Assembly (NCBI GenBank): GCA_965203905.1
Contig: CBDBDQ010000005.1
Span: forward strand, 7,360,001 to 7,424,000
Direction of reading: 5' to 3'
Length of the DNA stretch: 64,000 nucleotides
Source: Spirochaetia bacterium
GTDB lineage: Bacteria > Spirochaetota > Spirochaetia > SZUA-6 > Bin103
Both the position numbers and the translations under genes were made by a program. The notes under the pieces were generated by a model, which was given only the letters and a program-made list of their open reading frames with translations, had not been told where the DNA came from and did not search any database. Positions 30,743-40,861 of this stretch are shown here, piece after piece; the stretch's first letter is position 1, and the number at the start of each line of letters is the position of its first letter.

Positions 30743-32083
30743 TCAGCGCGACGAACTGGCCCGGAATTCTACGGTCAGCGGGACCTCGGCGAATCCGAGT
30801 TCGCTGCGGATGCGGTTCTCCAGAAAGCGCCGGTAACTGGCGCCGGCACCGCGTATCTGATTGACGAAGCACACGAAACGGACCGGATTGCTGCCGGTCT
30901 GCGTCGCGTAGCGTACCCGGATCTCGCGGCCACGTGCGGTCGGTACGTACTCCCTGGCCCAGCGCGCCAGCGCCTGGTTGAGCTTCGCCGTGGGTACCGT
31001 GCGGCAGAGCTGGCGATGCAGCGCCACCACCTTGCCGAGCAGCGCCTCCACTCCGTACCCGGTGCGACCCGACAGCGGCAGCACCGGCGCAAAACGCATC
31101 ACCGGAAACTGAAACCGGATCCGGTCCACCATGGCCGTCAGCAGGTTCGGCTGGTCGGCCAGCAAGTCCCACTTGCTGAGCGCCACCAGCACCGCCACAC
31201 CGCGGCGGATGGCAATGGCGGCGATGCGTTTGTCCTGCTCGGAGAGGCCGACGCCCGCATCCACCAGCAGCAGGGCGACGTCCACCTCCCCCAGCATCGC
31301 GGCGGTGCGGTTAACGGCGAAGTACTCGACGTCACTCTCCACCTTGGAACGGCGGCGCATCCCCGCCGTGTCGATGATCTCGATGTCGGTGCCGCCATGG
31401 GTGATGCGGCCGGCGAGCGGGTCGCGGGTGGTCCCGGGTGCGGCGTCGACCAGCGCTCGTTCCTCGCCGAGGAGCCGATTGAGCAGGGTGGACTTCCCCG
31501 TGTTGGGCTTGCCCGCGATCGCCAGGCGGACTGCCGGGGTGGGCGCGGGCGCCGCCACCGCCCCGGACTCCGCCGGCGCGCGCCGCAAGCGCTCCGCCAA
31601 TGCGGCCAGAAGCTCGGTGACGTTGCGCCCATGTGCGGCCGACACGCCGACGACCGGCTCGTAGCCCAGGCGGTAGAAGTCCCACACCGCTGCTTCCCGC
31701 CCGGCGTGGTCGACCTTGTTGACCACCAGCAGCACGCGCTCGCTCAGCGCCCGCAACCGCTCGGCGAGCTGCTCATCCTCGGGCGTCAGACCGGCGACAT
31801 CCACCACCAGGAGCACCGCCGCCGCCGCGGTCGTAGCTCCCAGCGCACGCTCGCCAACCATGCGCCCGAGGTCGTCCGACACGGCGCCGATGCCGCCGGT
31901 GTCGACCAGCCGCACCGCGACTCCGGCGAGCGTGGCGCGCTCCTCCACCGGGTCGCGGGTCACCCCGGGGGTAGCGGCGGTGATGGCGCGGCGGCGGCCG
32001 AGCAGGCGGTTGAAGAGCGTGGACTTGCCGACGTTGGGGCGGCCGACGATGGCCACGAGCGGCACGGTTTGCGGGGCTGACAT
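30743..32083 (-). CDS. der: Ribosome biogenesis GTPase Der
   Basis: Two G domains (GRPNVGKS/DTGG/NKVD and GKPNTGKS/DTAG/SKWD) plus KH-like C-terminus. Confidence 0.96.
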   Translation of the reverse strand: MSAPQTVPLVAIVGRPNVGKSTLFNRLLGRRRAITAATPGVTRDPVEERATLAGVAVRLVDTGGIGAVSDDLGRMVGERALGATTAAAAVLLVVDVAGLTPEDEQLAERLRALSERVLLVVNKVDHAGREAAVWDFYRLGYEPVVGVSAAHGRNVTELLAALAERLRRAPAESGAVAAPAPTPAVRLAIAGKPNTGKSTLLNRLLGEERALVDAAPGTTRDPLAGRITHGGTDIEIIDTAGMRRRSKVESDVEYFAVNRTAAMLGEVDVALLLVDAGVGLSEQDKRIAAIAIRRGVAVLVALSKWDLLADQPNLLTAMVDRIRFQFPVMRFAPVLPLSGRTGYGVEALLGKVVALHRQLCRTVPTAKLNQALARWAREYVPTARGREIRVRYATQTGSNPVRFVCFVNQIRGAGASYRRFLENRIRSELGFAEVPLTVEFRASSSR

Positions 32084-32218
32084 GCTGGTGCTTCACCCCA
32101 ACACGGACCCCGCGAGCAGGTCAACGCATCGCCCGGGGCCTCCCGACGCTGGTTCAATGTGCGCTGCCACCGTGCCGATCTATAAGGGTGTCGGGCAACC
32201 GACTGGTTCCTGCACGCC

Positions 32219-33208
32219 ATGGCACGGAAGAGAAATCGCAAGAGCGTCCGCGGCAAGGCCCGCCGGAGCAGGCAAGGTCACTCCGCTCGAGCATCGGCGG
32301 CCGGCCGGCGTTCGCCGGCCAGGGCGCGCAAGAAGGCGCCGATCGGCGTTCTGCTCTGGACCGCAATCATTCTCTTCGTGCTCGTGGTGTTCCTCTTCAA
32401 CCGGATGGCCATTCGCGAGGTCGTGGACCGTACGGACCTGCTCACCGTGCTTCAGCGCAGCGTCGACAACGCCATGGGACGTACCCTCCCGGCCGCCGAC
32501 ACCGTGCCGCTGCCAGTGGTGACACGAACTCCCCTGGCGCCTGCCACGCCCGAGGATACCGAGCCGCAACCCCAGGAAGTGCCACAACCCGAGGAAGTGC
32601 CGCAGCCCCAGGTAGTCACGCCCAACCCGGCTCCCGTGCGCGAGGATGCGTTGCCCGCGCCCGCACCCACGGCGTCGAGCGATGCGTCGCCGGCGGTCGC
32701 CGATACGGCTCCCCCGAACCCACCGGCGCAACCGGATGCGAGCCCGCCGCCACGGGTTCCGAGTGCCCGCCAGCGGCGCCTGTTCTTCGCCGCCGTGAGC
32801 GACGCCGGGGAGATCGCCGTCACCGGGGTGATGCGCGCCGTGGACGACACCGGGTCGCCCCTCACCGAGACCTTGCGGACCCTTTTCGCCGGGCCCGAGC
32901 CAAGCGAAGTCAACCGCGGACTCACTACCATGATTCCCCCGGCCGTGACCTTGAATCGGGTCCACGTGAGCGAACAGATCGCCTATATCGATGTGAGCGA
33001 GAGCTTTCGCTTCAACCCTCTGGGACGCGAGGGCCTGCACGCCCAGCTGCAACAGATCGTGTTTTCGGCAACCGAGTTTCCCGGCGTGGAGATGGTGCAG
33101 ATTCTGATCGACGGCCGGCGGGTCGAGTTCCTCGGGCCCGAGGGCACCTACATCGGGAAGCCGATCGGCCGCGCCATGTTCTTCGGCGACCCGCCGGCAG
33201 CGCCGTAG
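32219..33208 (+). CDS. GerMN domain-containing membrane protein
   Basis: Basic N-terminus, one TM, Pro-rich linker, then L..LFAGP..E...GL...IP, A.IDVS..F and QIV.SATEF..V..VQILIDG. Confidence 0.85.
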   Translation: MARKRNRKSVRGKARRSRQGHSARASAAGRRSPARARKKAPIGVLLWTAIILFVLVVFLFNRMAIREVVDRTDLLTVLQRSVDNAMGRTLPAADTVPLPVVTRTPLAPATPEDTEPQPQEVPQPEEVPQPQVVTPNPAPVREDALPAPAPTASSDASPAVADTAPPNPPAQPDASPPPRVPSARQRRLFFAAVSDAGEIAVTGVMRAVDDTGSPLTETLRTLFAGPEPSEVNRGLTTMIPPAVTLNRVHVSEQIAYIDVSESFRFNPLGREGLHAQLQQIVFSATEFPGVEMVQILIDGRRVEFLGPEGTYIGKPIGRAMFFGDPPAAP

Positions 33209-34089
33209 TCGCGCCCGACTGCCGCCGCCGACTGCTGCAGTTCCCGCCGCAGCGTGGCGACCGGGTCCGGCCAGGCCGCTGCCGCCACCGGTTTCGTACC
33301 GGCTGCCAGCAACGCCAGCACCTCGCGGTTGCCGCGGCGACCGCGCACCGGCGCCGGAGTGCAGCCCTGTACCACCACGCCCTCGGCCGCCAGGTCGCGC
33401 ACCAGCGCCGTCACCACGGCGATGATGGCGTCCGTCCCGATCACGCGGCCGTCAAAACGGCTGCGGGCCGCACGCGCCGTCGGCGCTGCCGCCAGCTCGA
33501 ACTGCGGCTTGATCAAGGCAACCAGCCAGTTGTCTCCGGTGAGTCCCAGCAGGCGGGCCGCGGCCCCACGCAGCGAGCGGAACGAGAGGTCGCATACCGC
33601 TCCGTCAGGTGGCGGCTGCAGGCTGTCGCCGGCGAGATGCATCACGTTGGTCCGCTCGTGGACGCTGGTGCGCGGATCCTTGCGCAGCCGATAGGTCAGT
33701 GCCCCATGCGCCACGTCGACGCAGTGCACGTGGCGCGCCCCGTGGCGCAACAGGCAGTCGGTAAAGCCACCGGTGGCGGAGCCTGCGTCCAGCACCACCC
33801 TACCCGCTACCGGCACCGGGAAGCGATTCAGTGCGTGCTGCAGCTTGTAGCCGGCGCGGGAGGCCAGCGGCGGCGCGTCAATGTGCTCCACTGTCGCCCC
33901 CACCGCAATCGGCCGTTGCGGATCGCGCACCCGCTCGCCGTCCACCAGGACCGCGCCGCACGCTATGGCGGCGTACCACTGTTCCCGGCCACGGTCCGGA
34001 TACCGCTCGCAAAGCCGATCGAGGAGCGTTCCCCGTCTGCTCCCGGCCGCGTGGGGGGCGCGGCGCCGGTCACAGCTCGGAGCGCTCAT
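33148..34089 (-). CDS. tlyA: TlyA-family rRNA 2'-O-methyltransferase
   Basis: S4 domain, SRAGYKL, DAGSATGGFTDCLL, DLSF, LIKPQFE and GNRE. Confidence 0.92.
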   Translation of the reverse strand: MSAPSCDRRRAPHAAGSRRGTLLDRLCERYPDRGREQWYAAIACGAVLVDGERVRDPQRPIAVGATVEHIDAPPLASRAGYKLQHALNRFPVPVAGRVVLDAGSATGGFTDCLLRHGARHVHCVDVAHGALTYRLRKDPRTSVHERTNVMHLAGDSLQPPPDGAVCDLSFRSLRGAAARLLGLTGDNWLVALIKPQFELAAAPTARAARSRFDGRVIGTDAIIAVVTALVRDLAAEGVVVQGCTPAPVRGRRGNREVLALLAAGTKPVAAAAWPDPVATLRRELQQSAAAVGRDYGAAGGSPKNMARPIGFPM

Positions 34090-34951
34090 GCACCAGCTCT
34101 ATGGAGTTGGCCTTGCCGCTGGTGCGATCCACCGTCACCAGGGCACCGCAGATGTCGGCCGGCCCTTCATCCACCTCCATCTTCAGCGGCATCTGGGTAA
34201 GCGACCGGCGCAGCACCACGTCGGCCTTCATGCCGATCACGCTGCCACGCGGTCCGGTCATGCCGAGATCGGTCAGGTAGGCGGTCCCGCCGGGAAGAAT
34301 GCGTTCATCCGCGGTCTGCACGTGAGTGTGGGTGCCGACCACGGCCGACACGGTGCCATCGAGGTGCAGTGCCAGGGCCTCTTTCTCCTCGAGACTCTCC
34401 GCGTGCATGTCCACCACCACCAGCGGGGTGACCTTTCGTATCTTGGCCACTTCCGCCTGTGCGACGCGGAACGGGCACCGCAAGTGGGCCATGCCGACGC
34501 GCCCCTCGAGATTCAGCACGCCGACGGTGACGTCATCCACCTCCAGCAGGCACACGCCCTTGCCGGGCACCGACGGCGGGTAATTGTGCGGTCGCAGCAG
34601 CCGCGCATCCGAGTCCAGCCGTGGCCAGATCTCGCGCTGCTGCCAGATGTGGTTGCCCGACGTCATTACGTCGATGCCGTAACCCGCCAGCTCGTCCGCC
34701 TGGGCCAGGGTGAGGCCGAATCCCGCCGCCGCATTTTCGACGTTGGCAATTACCAGGTCACAGCGCCGCCGCTTCTTGATCTGGGCCAGGTGCAGAAACA
34801 GCGCCCGTACGCCGGCGGGGCCGACCACGTCGCCGATCAGCAGGATACGGAGCGGCTCGGGCGCGGGCGGTGTGGCGCCGGTCGCGCCCAAAGGGTACTG
34901 CTCCAAGGTCAGCCGTACGGGGTCCTGTCGGATCTGCCGCTCACGCGCCAA
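34070..34951 (-). CDS. ymdB: YmdB/TIGR00282-family metallophosphoesterase
   Basis: GDVVG, NVENAA, TSGNH, DMHAE, GTHTHV and TDLGMTG; follows rny; start uncertain. Confidence 0.92.
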   Translation of the reverse strand: MARERQIRQDPVRLTLEQYPLGATGATPPAPEPLRILLIGDVVGPAGVRALFLHLAQIKKRRRCDLVIANVENAAAGFGLTLAQADELAGYGIDVMTSGNHIWQQREIWPRLDSDARLLRPHNYPPSVPGKGVCLLEVDDVTVGVLNLEGRVGMAHLRCPFRVAQAEVAKIRKVTPLVVVDMHAESLEEKEALALHLDGTVSAVVGTHTHVQTADERILPGGTAYLTDLGMTGPRGSVIGMKADVVLRRSLTQMPLKMEVDEGPADICGALVTVDRTSGKANSIELVHERSEL

Positions 34952-34963
34952 TCCGACAGCCTC

Positions 34964-36496
34964 TCAGCGCGCATATTCCACGACCCGGGTTTCGCGGATC
35001 ACCGTAACCTTGATGCGGCCGGGGTACTTCAGCTCGGCCTCGATCTGCTTGGCGACCTGCCGGCCCAGGTCGCGTGCCTCATCATCCGACACCCGCTCGT
35101 TGCTCACCATCACCCGCAGCTCACGGCCGGCCTGGATGGCGTAGGTGCGCTCGACTCCCGGGTAGTTGGCGGCGATGCGCTCCAGGTTCTCCAGGCGCTT
35201 GAGGTAGTTGTCCAACGATTCGCGCCGCGCGCCCGGCCGTGAGGCCGAGATGGTGTCGGCGATCTGCACGATGATCGCCTCCACACCCTGGGGCTCGACG
35301 TCATAGTGGTGGGCGCCGATTGCGTTGCACACCACCTCGTCCTCACCGCAGCGGCGCGCCAGCTCCATCCCGGTAACGGCGTGACCGAGGTCCTCATCGG
35401 TCTCGATCGCCTTGCCGATGTCGTGCAACAGCGAGGCGCGCTTGCTGAACTGGATGTTGCTGCCGGTCTCGGCCGCGATCATCGCTCCCAGCATTGCGGT
35501 CTCGCGGGCGTGGGCGAGCTGATTCTGACCGTAGCTGGTGCGGTAGCGCAGGCGGCCCAGCGTCATCACCAGGTCATGGTGCATGCTCGGAATCTCCAGC
35601 TCCAGCAACACCCGCTCGGCATCTTCCTCGATCGACTTGTCCAGGTCGCGGTTTACCTTGCGCACGATCTCTTCGATCCGCGCCGGGTGGATGCGTCCAT
35701 CCGCGATCAACCGCTCCAGCGCAAGACGGGCCGTTTCCTTGCGCAACGGGTCGAAGCAGGAGAGCACGACCGCCTCCGGGGTATCGTCGATGATGATATC
35801 CACGCCGGTGAGGTTCTCCAGGGTGCGGATGTTGCGCCCCTCGCGTCCGATGATCCGACCCTTCATGTCGTCGTTGGGCAGGTTCACCGAGGCTACGCTG
35901 ACCTCCGACGTGGTTTCCGACGCCAATCGCTGCATGGCGTTCACCACCACGGCACGCGCCTTGCGCTCCGCGGTCTGTCTTGCTTCGTTCTCGATATTGA
36001 GAACCAGGGCCTGCGCGTCCAGGCGCGCCTCGTTCTCGATACTGCGGATGAGGAACTTCTTGGCGTCCTCCGTGCTCAGCTTCGATACCTGTTCCAGCTT
36101 CGCGATCCACTCCTCCGAAGCCCGGCCCAACTCGACCTCGCGCTCCGCGAGCGTGTCTTCTCGAGTGACAACTGTCTGCTCCTGGCGATCAACCGCCTCC
36201 CGCCGCTTCTCTAGGTTCTCTTCCTTTTGCAGCAACCGTTGCTCGAGACGCTGAACCTCGTTCCTGCGTGCCCGCGTGTCCCGCTCCAGTTGATTTCGTT
36301 CCTGCAGTATCTCATCTTTGGTCTCCAGGAGCGCTTCCCGCTTCCTGGCTTCTGCGTCCTGAGTCGCATCCTTAATGATCCGTCGCGCCTTCTGCTCAGA
36401 AGACGCCAGTTCAAGTCTGGCGTACAGCCAGCGTATGAGCCAACCTAGTCCAATTCCAGCGGCGAGAGGAAGCAGAACCCATAGTACGGTCTGCAT
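34964..36496 (-). CDS. rny: Ribonuclease Y
   Basis: N-terminal TM, coiled coil, KH domain (KGRIIGREGRNIR), HD domain (LLHDIGK); SD GGAGG before ATG 36496. Confidence 0.97.
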   Translation of the reverse strand: MQTVLWVLLPLAAGIGLGWLIRWLYARLELASSEQKARRIIKDATQDAEARKREALLETKDEILQERNQLERDTRARRNEVQRLEQRLLQKEENLEKRREAVDRQEQTVVTREDTLAEREVELGRASEEWIAKLEQVSKLSTEDAKKFLIRSIENEARLDAQALVLNIENEARQTAERKARAVVVNAMQRLASETTSEVSVASVNLPNDDMKGRIIGREGRNIRTLENLTGVDIIIDDTPEAVVLSCFDPLRKETARLALERLIADGRIHPARIEEIVRKVNRDLDKSIEEDAERVLLELEIPSMHHDLVMTLGRLRYRTSYGQNQLAHARETAMLGAMIAAETGSNIQFSKRASLLHDIGKAIETDEDLGHAVTGMELARRCGEDEVVCNAIGAHHYDVEPQGVEAIIVQIADTISASRPGARRESLDNYLKRLENLERIAANYPGVERTYAIQAGRELRVMVSNERVSDDEARDLGRQVAKQIEAELKYPGRIKVTVIRETRVVEYAR

Positions 36497-36529
36497 ATTC
36501 TTCCTCCACCAAGTATTCGAGCGTTCATC

Positions 36530-36559
36530 AACGTACTGTTGGCCGCGGGCCGGTGTCAA
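36530..36559 (-). promoter_or_regulatory. Sigma70-type promoter for rny-ymdB-tlyA
   Basis: TTGACA-N18-TACGTT on the minus strand. Confidence 0.6.
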
Positions 36560-36583
36560 GCTGAGCGTCCGTCGGCCGGCCCG

Positions 36584-37978
36584 CTACGGATGCAGGTTGA
36601 GACGAGTTATGAGGGTGGTCAGGTCCCAGGCGGCGGCGCCTGGAGCAGCCGTGGGCGGCGCGGCGTCGGCCAGCAGCAGGTAGGCTGCGGTAGCGTCGAG
36701 GGTGGCGGGCAGAAACGCCAGCCGGCCGCCGCCACCCCACTCCACCGCTTCCAGACCGGCCGCATACCGTTCCCAGGCGCCGCCTGCACTCCCGCTCTCC
36801 ACCACCAGGCAGCGCCGCGACCGCAGGTGGTCGTCGTAGACCGGACTGCCCGCAGCCAACTCGAACGACCCCGCCAGGACGCCAAGCGAGCCTACGGCCA
36901 GCGCGCTGCGATAGGCGCCATGCTCACGCAACAACAGCGCCGCCCCCGCGGCGTCAAGCGACCGCCGCAGTCCCTCCAGCACTCGCGTTCGAGTCGCCGG
37001 CGCACGCGAGTCGGGATAGCGGGCTAGCAGCTGATCACAGCGTATCCCCTGCGCGGTGACCGGAATCTTCCCCTCCTGCCGGCGTCCTGCCGCCAGCAGC
37101 TGCTCCAGCTTGTCGTCAGTTATGGCACCCTCCGCCACCTGACGCAGGGAGGGGCGCAACGCAGGACCGTACAGATCCTCACGGACTCGGTAGACCCCGC
37201 CTTCGAACGCGACACTGCGGCGGGCGGCGGCTACGGCCTCGGCAAAGGCGGCTGCTTCGCAGACGATCGGCTCCGTGGCGGGCGCTGCCTGCGAAGCCGG
37301 GCTCGGCGGTGGCGGGGCAGCCACCTCGTGCGCCGGGCGCCGCCCGGTCGGCGGCGCACCACCGGCGGGGGTGTCCGTGCTGCGTTCCGCGACCGCGCCC
37401 GTGCGCGCGGGACCGGAGTCGCCACCGGCGAGCGCCGCGGCTGCCGGCGTGCCTGATACCGCGGCCAGCGTCCGCCGGATCAGGGCGTCGAGGTCGCTGC
37501 CATCCAGCCGCGGCGCCGACTCCACGCCTGCGCGCTGCTCCACAATCGCGACTACCTGCTGCCACGCGTCTTCCAGCAGGGCCGCTCTCCGGCGCCGCCA
37601 GCGGCGGGTTCCGCGGCCGAGTCCGTGACTCAGGTTCCGCTCCGCCTCCCTGCGGAGGCGGCCGAGCCGGTCACGCCAGGTTGCCGTCTCGAGCGCGCCC
37701 GGGGTACGCGCCAACTCGTGCAGCAACCTGCGCTGGAACTCGCCGATGCGCCGCGTCAGCTCGGCGGTACGTTGCAGCGGCCGAGGCCGCGTGAGCAGCA
37801 GGGCCAGCGCCGCGCCAACCGCCGCTGCCGCTGCCCATCGTAACGGCGCATGCCGCTGATCGCTCAGGGCGCCAGCCGCTGCGCCCCACCAGGGAAAGGT
37901 CGCGACCGCCGCCGCCACCAGCAGCAGCCACAGCACCAGCCTAGCGGCTCTTGCGGCCGCAGTCCTACGAGCCGACAA
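36584..37978 (-). CDS. Hypothetical membrane protein with possible C-terminal GAF-like domain
   Basis: Fills the gap on the operon strand; two N-terminal hydrophobic segments, low-complexity middle, C-terminal alpha/beta pattern; no firm family motif. Confidence 0.55.
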   Translation of the reverse strand: MSARRTAAARAARLVLWLLLVAAAVATFPWWGAAAGALSDQRHAPLRWAAAAAVGAALALLLTRPRPLQRTAELTRRIGEFQRRLLHELARTPGALETATWRDRLGRLRREAERNLSHGLGRGTRRWRRRRAALLEDAWQQVVAIVEQRAGVESAPRLDGSDLDALIRRTLAAVSGTPAAAALAGGDSGPARTGAVAERSTDTPAGGAPPTGRRPAHEVAAPPPPSPASQAAPATEPIVCEAAAFAEAVAAARRSVAFEGGVYRVREDLYGPALRPSLRQVAEGAITDDKLEQLLAAGRRQEGKIPVTAQGIRCDQLLARYPDSRAPATRTRVLEGLRRSLDAAGAALLLREHGAYRSALAVGSLGVLAGSFELAAGSPVYDDHLRSRRCLVVESGSAGGAWERYAAGLEAVEWGGGGRLAFLPATLDATAAYLLLADAAPPTAAPGAAAWDLTTLITRLNLHP

Positions 37979-38633
37979 TCGCGGCCGCCCACAGCAGCCC
38001 CAGAAGTGCAGCGAGAATGGTGATTCCGGCGGCCGTAGCCCCGGTTGCGACCGCCGTGGGCAGCCTCGTGGCGACGCCGCGCTGGGCCTCCAGCAGCAGA
38101 CGATCGAGGCGTCCTACCGGATCGCGGGCCAACAGCTTCACGTCCGCGTCGAGCAGGAAGCGCACGTAGGCCAGGGTGAGGGTGAGCAGCCGGCCCAGTC
38201 TGCCGGGCAACTCAAGGTCATGGCGTATCCCGACTTTCGACAGCAGCAGCAGGCCGGTAAGGCTGAACGCCTTGGTGAATCCCACCCGCAACGCGCCCTC
38301 GGTTACCGGGAAGGCCCCCAACTCCAGCAGCACCCTCCCGCCGGGAGCGGCAAGATTGAACGCCACCACCGCGCCGAAGAACGTCGCGGTGCGTCCCCAC
38401 CGCATCCGCCGATGGGTGCCCAGCACCAGCAGGATCAGCACCAGAAGCAACAGGGCGCGGGCAAGCGGACCGGCGGGAAGCAGCATGGAGGGCGCGGCCG
38501 CCACCGCCCATACGAACAGGGCACGAGCGGAGACGCGCTGGTCGAGCCAACTCGTCAAGCCCGATGACTGCCGCCCCGGGCGCCGCCCCAATGGCGGCCT
38601 TCCGCCCGCGCGCTCATCCTGACTCGTCGGCAC
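37965..38633 (-). CDS. Integral membrane protein, EcfT/CbiQ-like
   Basis: Several TMs; FNL..PGGRVL..LG.FPVT.GAL..G..KA motif resembles EcfT-type N-terminal domains. Confidence 0.55.
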   Translation of the reverse strand: MPTSQDERAGGRPPLGRRPGRQSSGLTSWLDQRVSARALFVWAVAAAPSMLLPAGPLARALLLLVLILLVLGTHRRMRWGRTATFFGAVVAFNLAAPGGRVLLELGAFPVTEGALRVGFTKAFSLTGLLLLSKVGIRHDLELPGRLGRLLTLTLAYVRFLLDADVKLLARDPVGRLDRLLLEAQRGVATRLPTAVATGATAAGITILAALLGLLWAAAIVGS

Positions 38634-38672
38634 CTCCGCGGGCCGCCGCGCCAGCAGCCCGTGCGATGTCGG

Positions 38673-39053
38673 TCACGAAGTGGCGGTGGTGTCCTGCCCT
38701 AGCTCCACCAGTTCCAGCAACACCATTTCGGATGCATCACCGTAGCGCTTACCCAGCTTGACCCGGCGGGTATAGCCTCCGGGGCGGCTGGCGAACCGCT
38801 GTGCGATGTCGGTGAACAGTTTCGCCAGGATTTCCTTGTCATGGATCCGTCGCGCCACCTGGCGGCGGTTGTGCACGGTGTCCACCCGGGCCCGCGTAAT
38901 CAGCCGTTCCGCGGTGCGCGCGATCTCTCGCGCCTTCGCCTTGGTGGTACGAATTCGTTCATAGCGGAACAGCGCCGTGACCATGCTTCTGTGCAGTGCC
39001 CGGCGATGGCTGGCCTTGCGATCCAGACGGTTGACACCGTTTCTATGCTTCAT
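38673..39053 (-). CDS. rplQ: 50S ribosomal protein L17
   Basis: MKHRNG..RL.R..SHR, I.TT..KA and RPGGYTR. Confidence 0.97.
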   Translation of the reverse strand: MKHRNGVNRLDRKASHRRALHRSMVTALFRYERIRTTKAKAREIARTAERLITRARVDTVHNRRQVARRIHDKEILAKLFTDIAQRFASRPGGYTRRVKLGKRYGDASEMVLLELVELGQDTTATS

Positions 39054-40206
39054 GACTTGGAGTCTCCACGGGAGTCGCCGCCGCGGGCTCGTCGGCATCG
39101 TCCACCTCGGCGGCGGCAGCCGGCTCGGCCCCGCTGTCGGCCGCGTCGGCGGCCCCGGCGTCAACCGCTGCGCCGTCACCCTCGCCTCTCAACTCGGCCT
39201 TGAGCTCGGTGTAGTCACTGATACCGAGGCGCAGATTGAGCTCCGCCAACTTCGACTTGATCTCATCCAGAGACTTGGTACCGAAGTTGCGCGTCTTCTT
39301 TATCTCTTCCTCGGTCTTCGTGACCAGGTCCCAAATCGTGTGAATCTGTGCGTTCTGCAGGCAATTACTGGAACGCACCGACAGCTCCAGCTCCTTCACC
39401 GGAGTACTCAGCAGAGCTCTCACGCGTTCATCCTCTTCGTCGTAGGTATCTTCTTCGCTTCCTTCTTCTTCATCGAAGTTGATGAATACCGTGAACTGCT
39501 CCTTGGCGATCTTGGCCGCCTCCGCCAACGCGTCTTCCGGCGTAACAGTCCCGTCGGTGGTAACTTCAAGGATCAGCTTGTCGAAGTCGGTACGCTGCCC
39601 GACGCGGGTATTCTCGACCGAGTACTTGGCCTTCAGGATGGGCGAATAGATGGCATCCACGGCGATCGTGCCAACCACTTGGATATACTGTTCATGACGC
39701 TCGGCGGGAACGTATCCGCGCCCCAGTTCGATCTGGACTTCCAGCGCCAGGTTGCCGCCGTCCATCAAGGTGGCCAGCTTCAACTCCGGGTTGAGAACCG
39801 TAACCTGCGAATCCACGGAGATTTCGGCACCGGTCAACTCGCCGGGGCCCTTGGCTTCCACCAGGATGGTCTTCTCCTCCAGATCGTCGGTAAGGGCGAT
39901 CTTGAGTTGTTTCAGCGCGTTGATTACGTCTGGCGTGTCCTCCACCACATCGGGGATCGAGTCGAACTCGCTGGACAGGATACGGGGCACGCCGTCGGCG
40001 TCGTAGCTGGTTACATGAATCGCCGAAACGGCGTAACCCTGGATCGACGAGAGCAGGATCCGGCGCAAGGTATTGCCCACCGTTACCCCGTAGCCACGCT
40101 CGAACGGGTAGGCCACAAAACGCCCGAAGCTGCGGTCAACCTCGTCGTGCTCGAAGGTGATGCCCTTGGGACGCTTCAGCCCCTTCAGCAGACTCTTACG
40201 TGGCAT
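39043..40206 (-). CDS. rpoA: RNA polymerase alpha subunit
   Basis: [32 protein letters not shown] and RNFG.KS; acidic Ala-rich tail; ATG at 40206. Confidence 0.98.
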   Translation of the reverse strand: MPRKSLLKGLKRPKGITFEHDEVDRSFGRFVAYPFERGYGVTVGNTLRRILLSSIQGYAVSAIHVTSYDADGVPRILSSEFDSIPDVVEDTPDVINALKQLKIALTDDLEEKTILVEAKGPGELTGAEISVDSQVTVLNPELKLATLMDGGNLALEVQIELGRGYVPAERHEQYIQVVGTIAVDAIYSPILKAKYSVENTRVGQRTDFDKLILEVTTDGTVTPEDALAEAAKIAKEQFTVFINFDEEEGSEEDTYDEEDERVRALLSTPVKELELSVRSSNCLQNAQIHTIWDLVTKTEEEIKKTRNFGTKSLDEIKSKLAELNLRLGISDYTELKAELRGEGDGAAVDAGAADAADSGAEPAAAAEVDDADEPAAATPVETPSHEA

Positions 40207-40213
40207 AGAGACC

Positions 40214-40849
40214 TCACTTCGAGTACAGCTCGACAATGAGCTGTTCGTTGATGCCAGCCAAGTCGACGACATCGCTGCGCTGCGGTATGGCCCGCACCTG
40301 GCCGCTGAGAGCATCGGGATCGACCTCCAGCCAGGGCACCACGCCGGACCGCGAATACTCCTTGAGCCCGTCCTTGATGACGGTCAGTCGCTTGGCCCGT
40401 TCATGCACCGCGACGGTATCGTTTTCACGCACCAGATAGGACGGAATGGTGACCCGCCGGCCGTTCACCAGAATATGCCCGTGCGCGACCAGTTGCCGAG
40501 CCTGTTTCCGGGACGCGGCGAAATGCAGCCGGTATACGATGTTGTCCAGCCGCTTCTCCAGCAGCTTGATCAGGTTCTCGCCGGTCACTCCGCGTTCTCG
40601 CGCCGCCTTCTGAAAGAAGTTGCGGAATTGTCGCTCGAACATGCCATACATGCGCTTTACTTTCTGCTTTTCGCGCATCTGCACACCGTAGTCCGAAACC
40701 TTCTGCATGCGGGCACGAGGGCTCTTGCCCGGCTTGCCCTTGCGCTTGGTGATCTGACACTTGGGGCTGTGGCAGCGATCCCCCTTGAGAAACAGCTTCA
40801 CGCCCTCCGCCCGGCACAGCCGGCACGCCGGTCCCAGGTACCTACCCAT
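40214..40849 (-). CDS. rpsD: 30S ribosomal protein S4 (Zn-binding type)
   Basis: CRLCRAEG..LFLKG.RC...KC and LEKRLDN. Confidence 0.98.
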   Translation of the reverse strand: MGRYLGPACRLCRAEGVKLFLKGDRCHSPKCQITKRKGKPGKSPRARMQKVSDYGVQMREKQKVKRMYGMFERQFRNFFQKAARERGVTGENLIKLLEKRLDNIVYRLHFAASRKQARQLVAHGHILVNGRRVTIPSYLVRENDTVAVHERAKRLTVIKDGLKEYSRSGVVPWLEVDPDALSGQVRAIPQRSDVVDLAGINEQLIVELYSK

Positions 40850-40861
40850 GATCGGCCCCTC

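Noticed and set aside
36497-36583. 6S RNA or zapA, often found upstream of rny
   Set aside because: The gap is under 90 nt and is accounted for by a promoter and SD.
38634-38672. AGCAGCCCGT match to the 41-bp repeat after rplQ, and a weaker one near 1957-1988
   Set aside because: Only about 10 bp match; explained by a local hairpin or by chance in GC-rich DNA.
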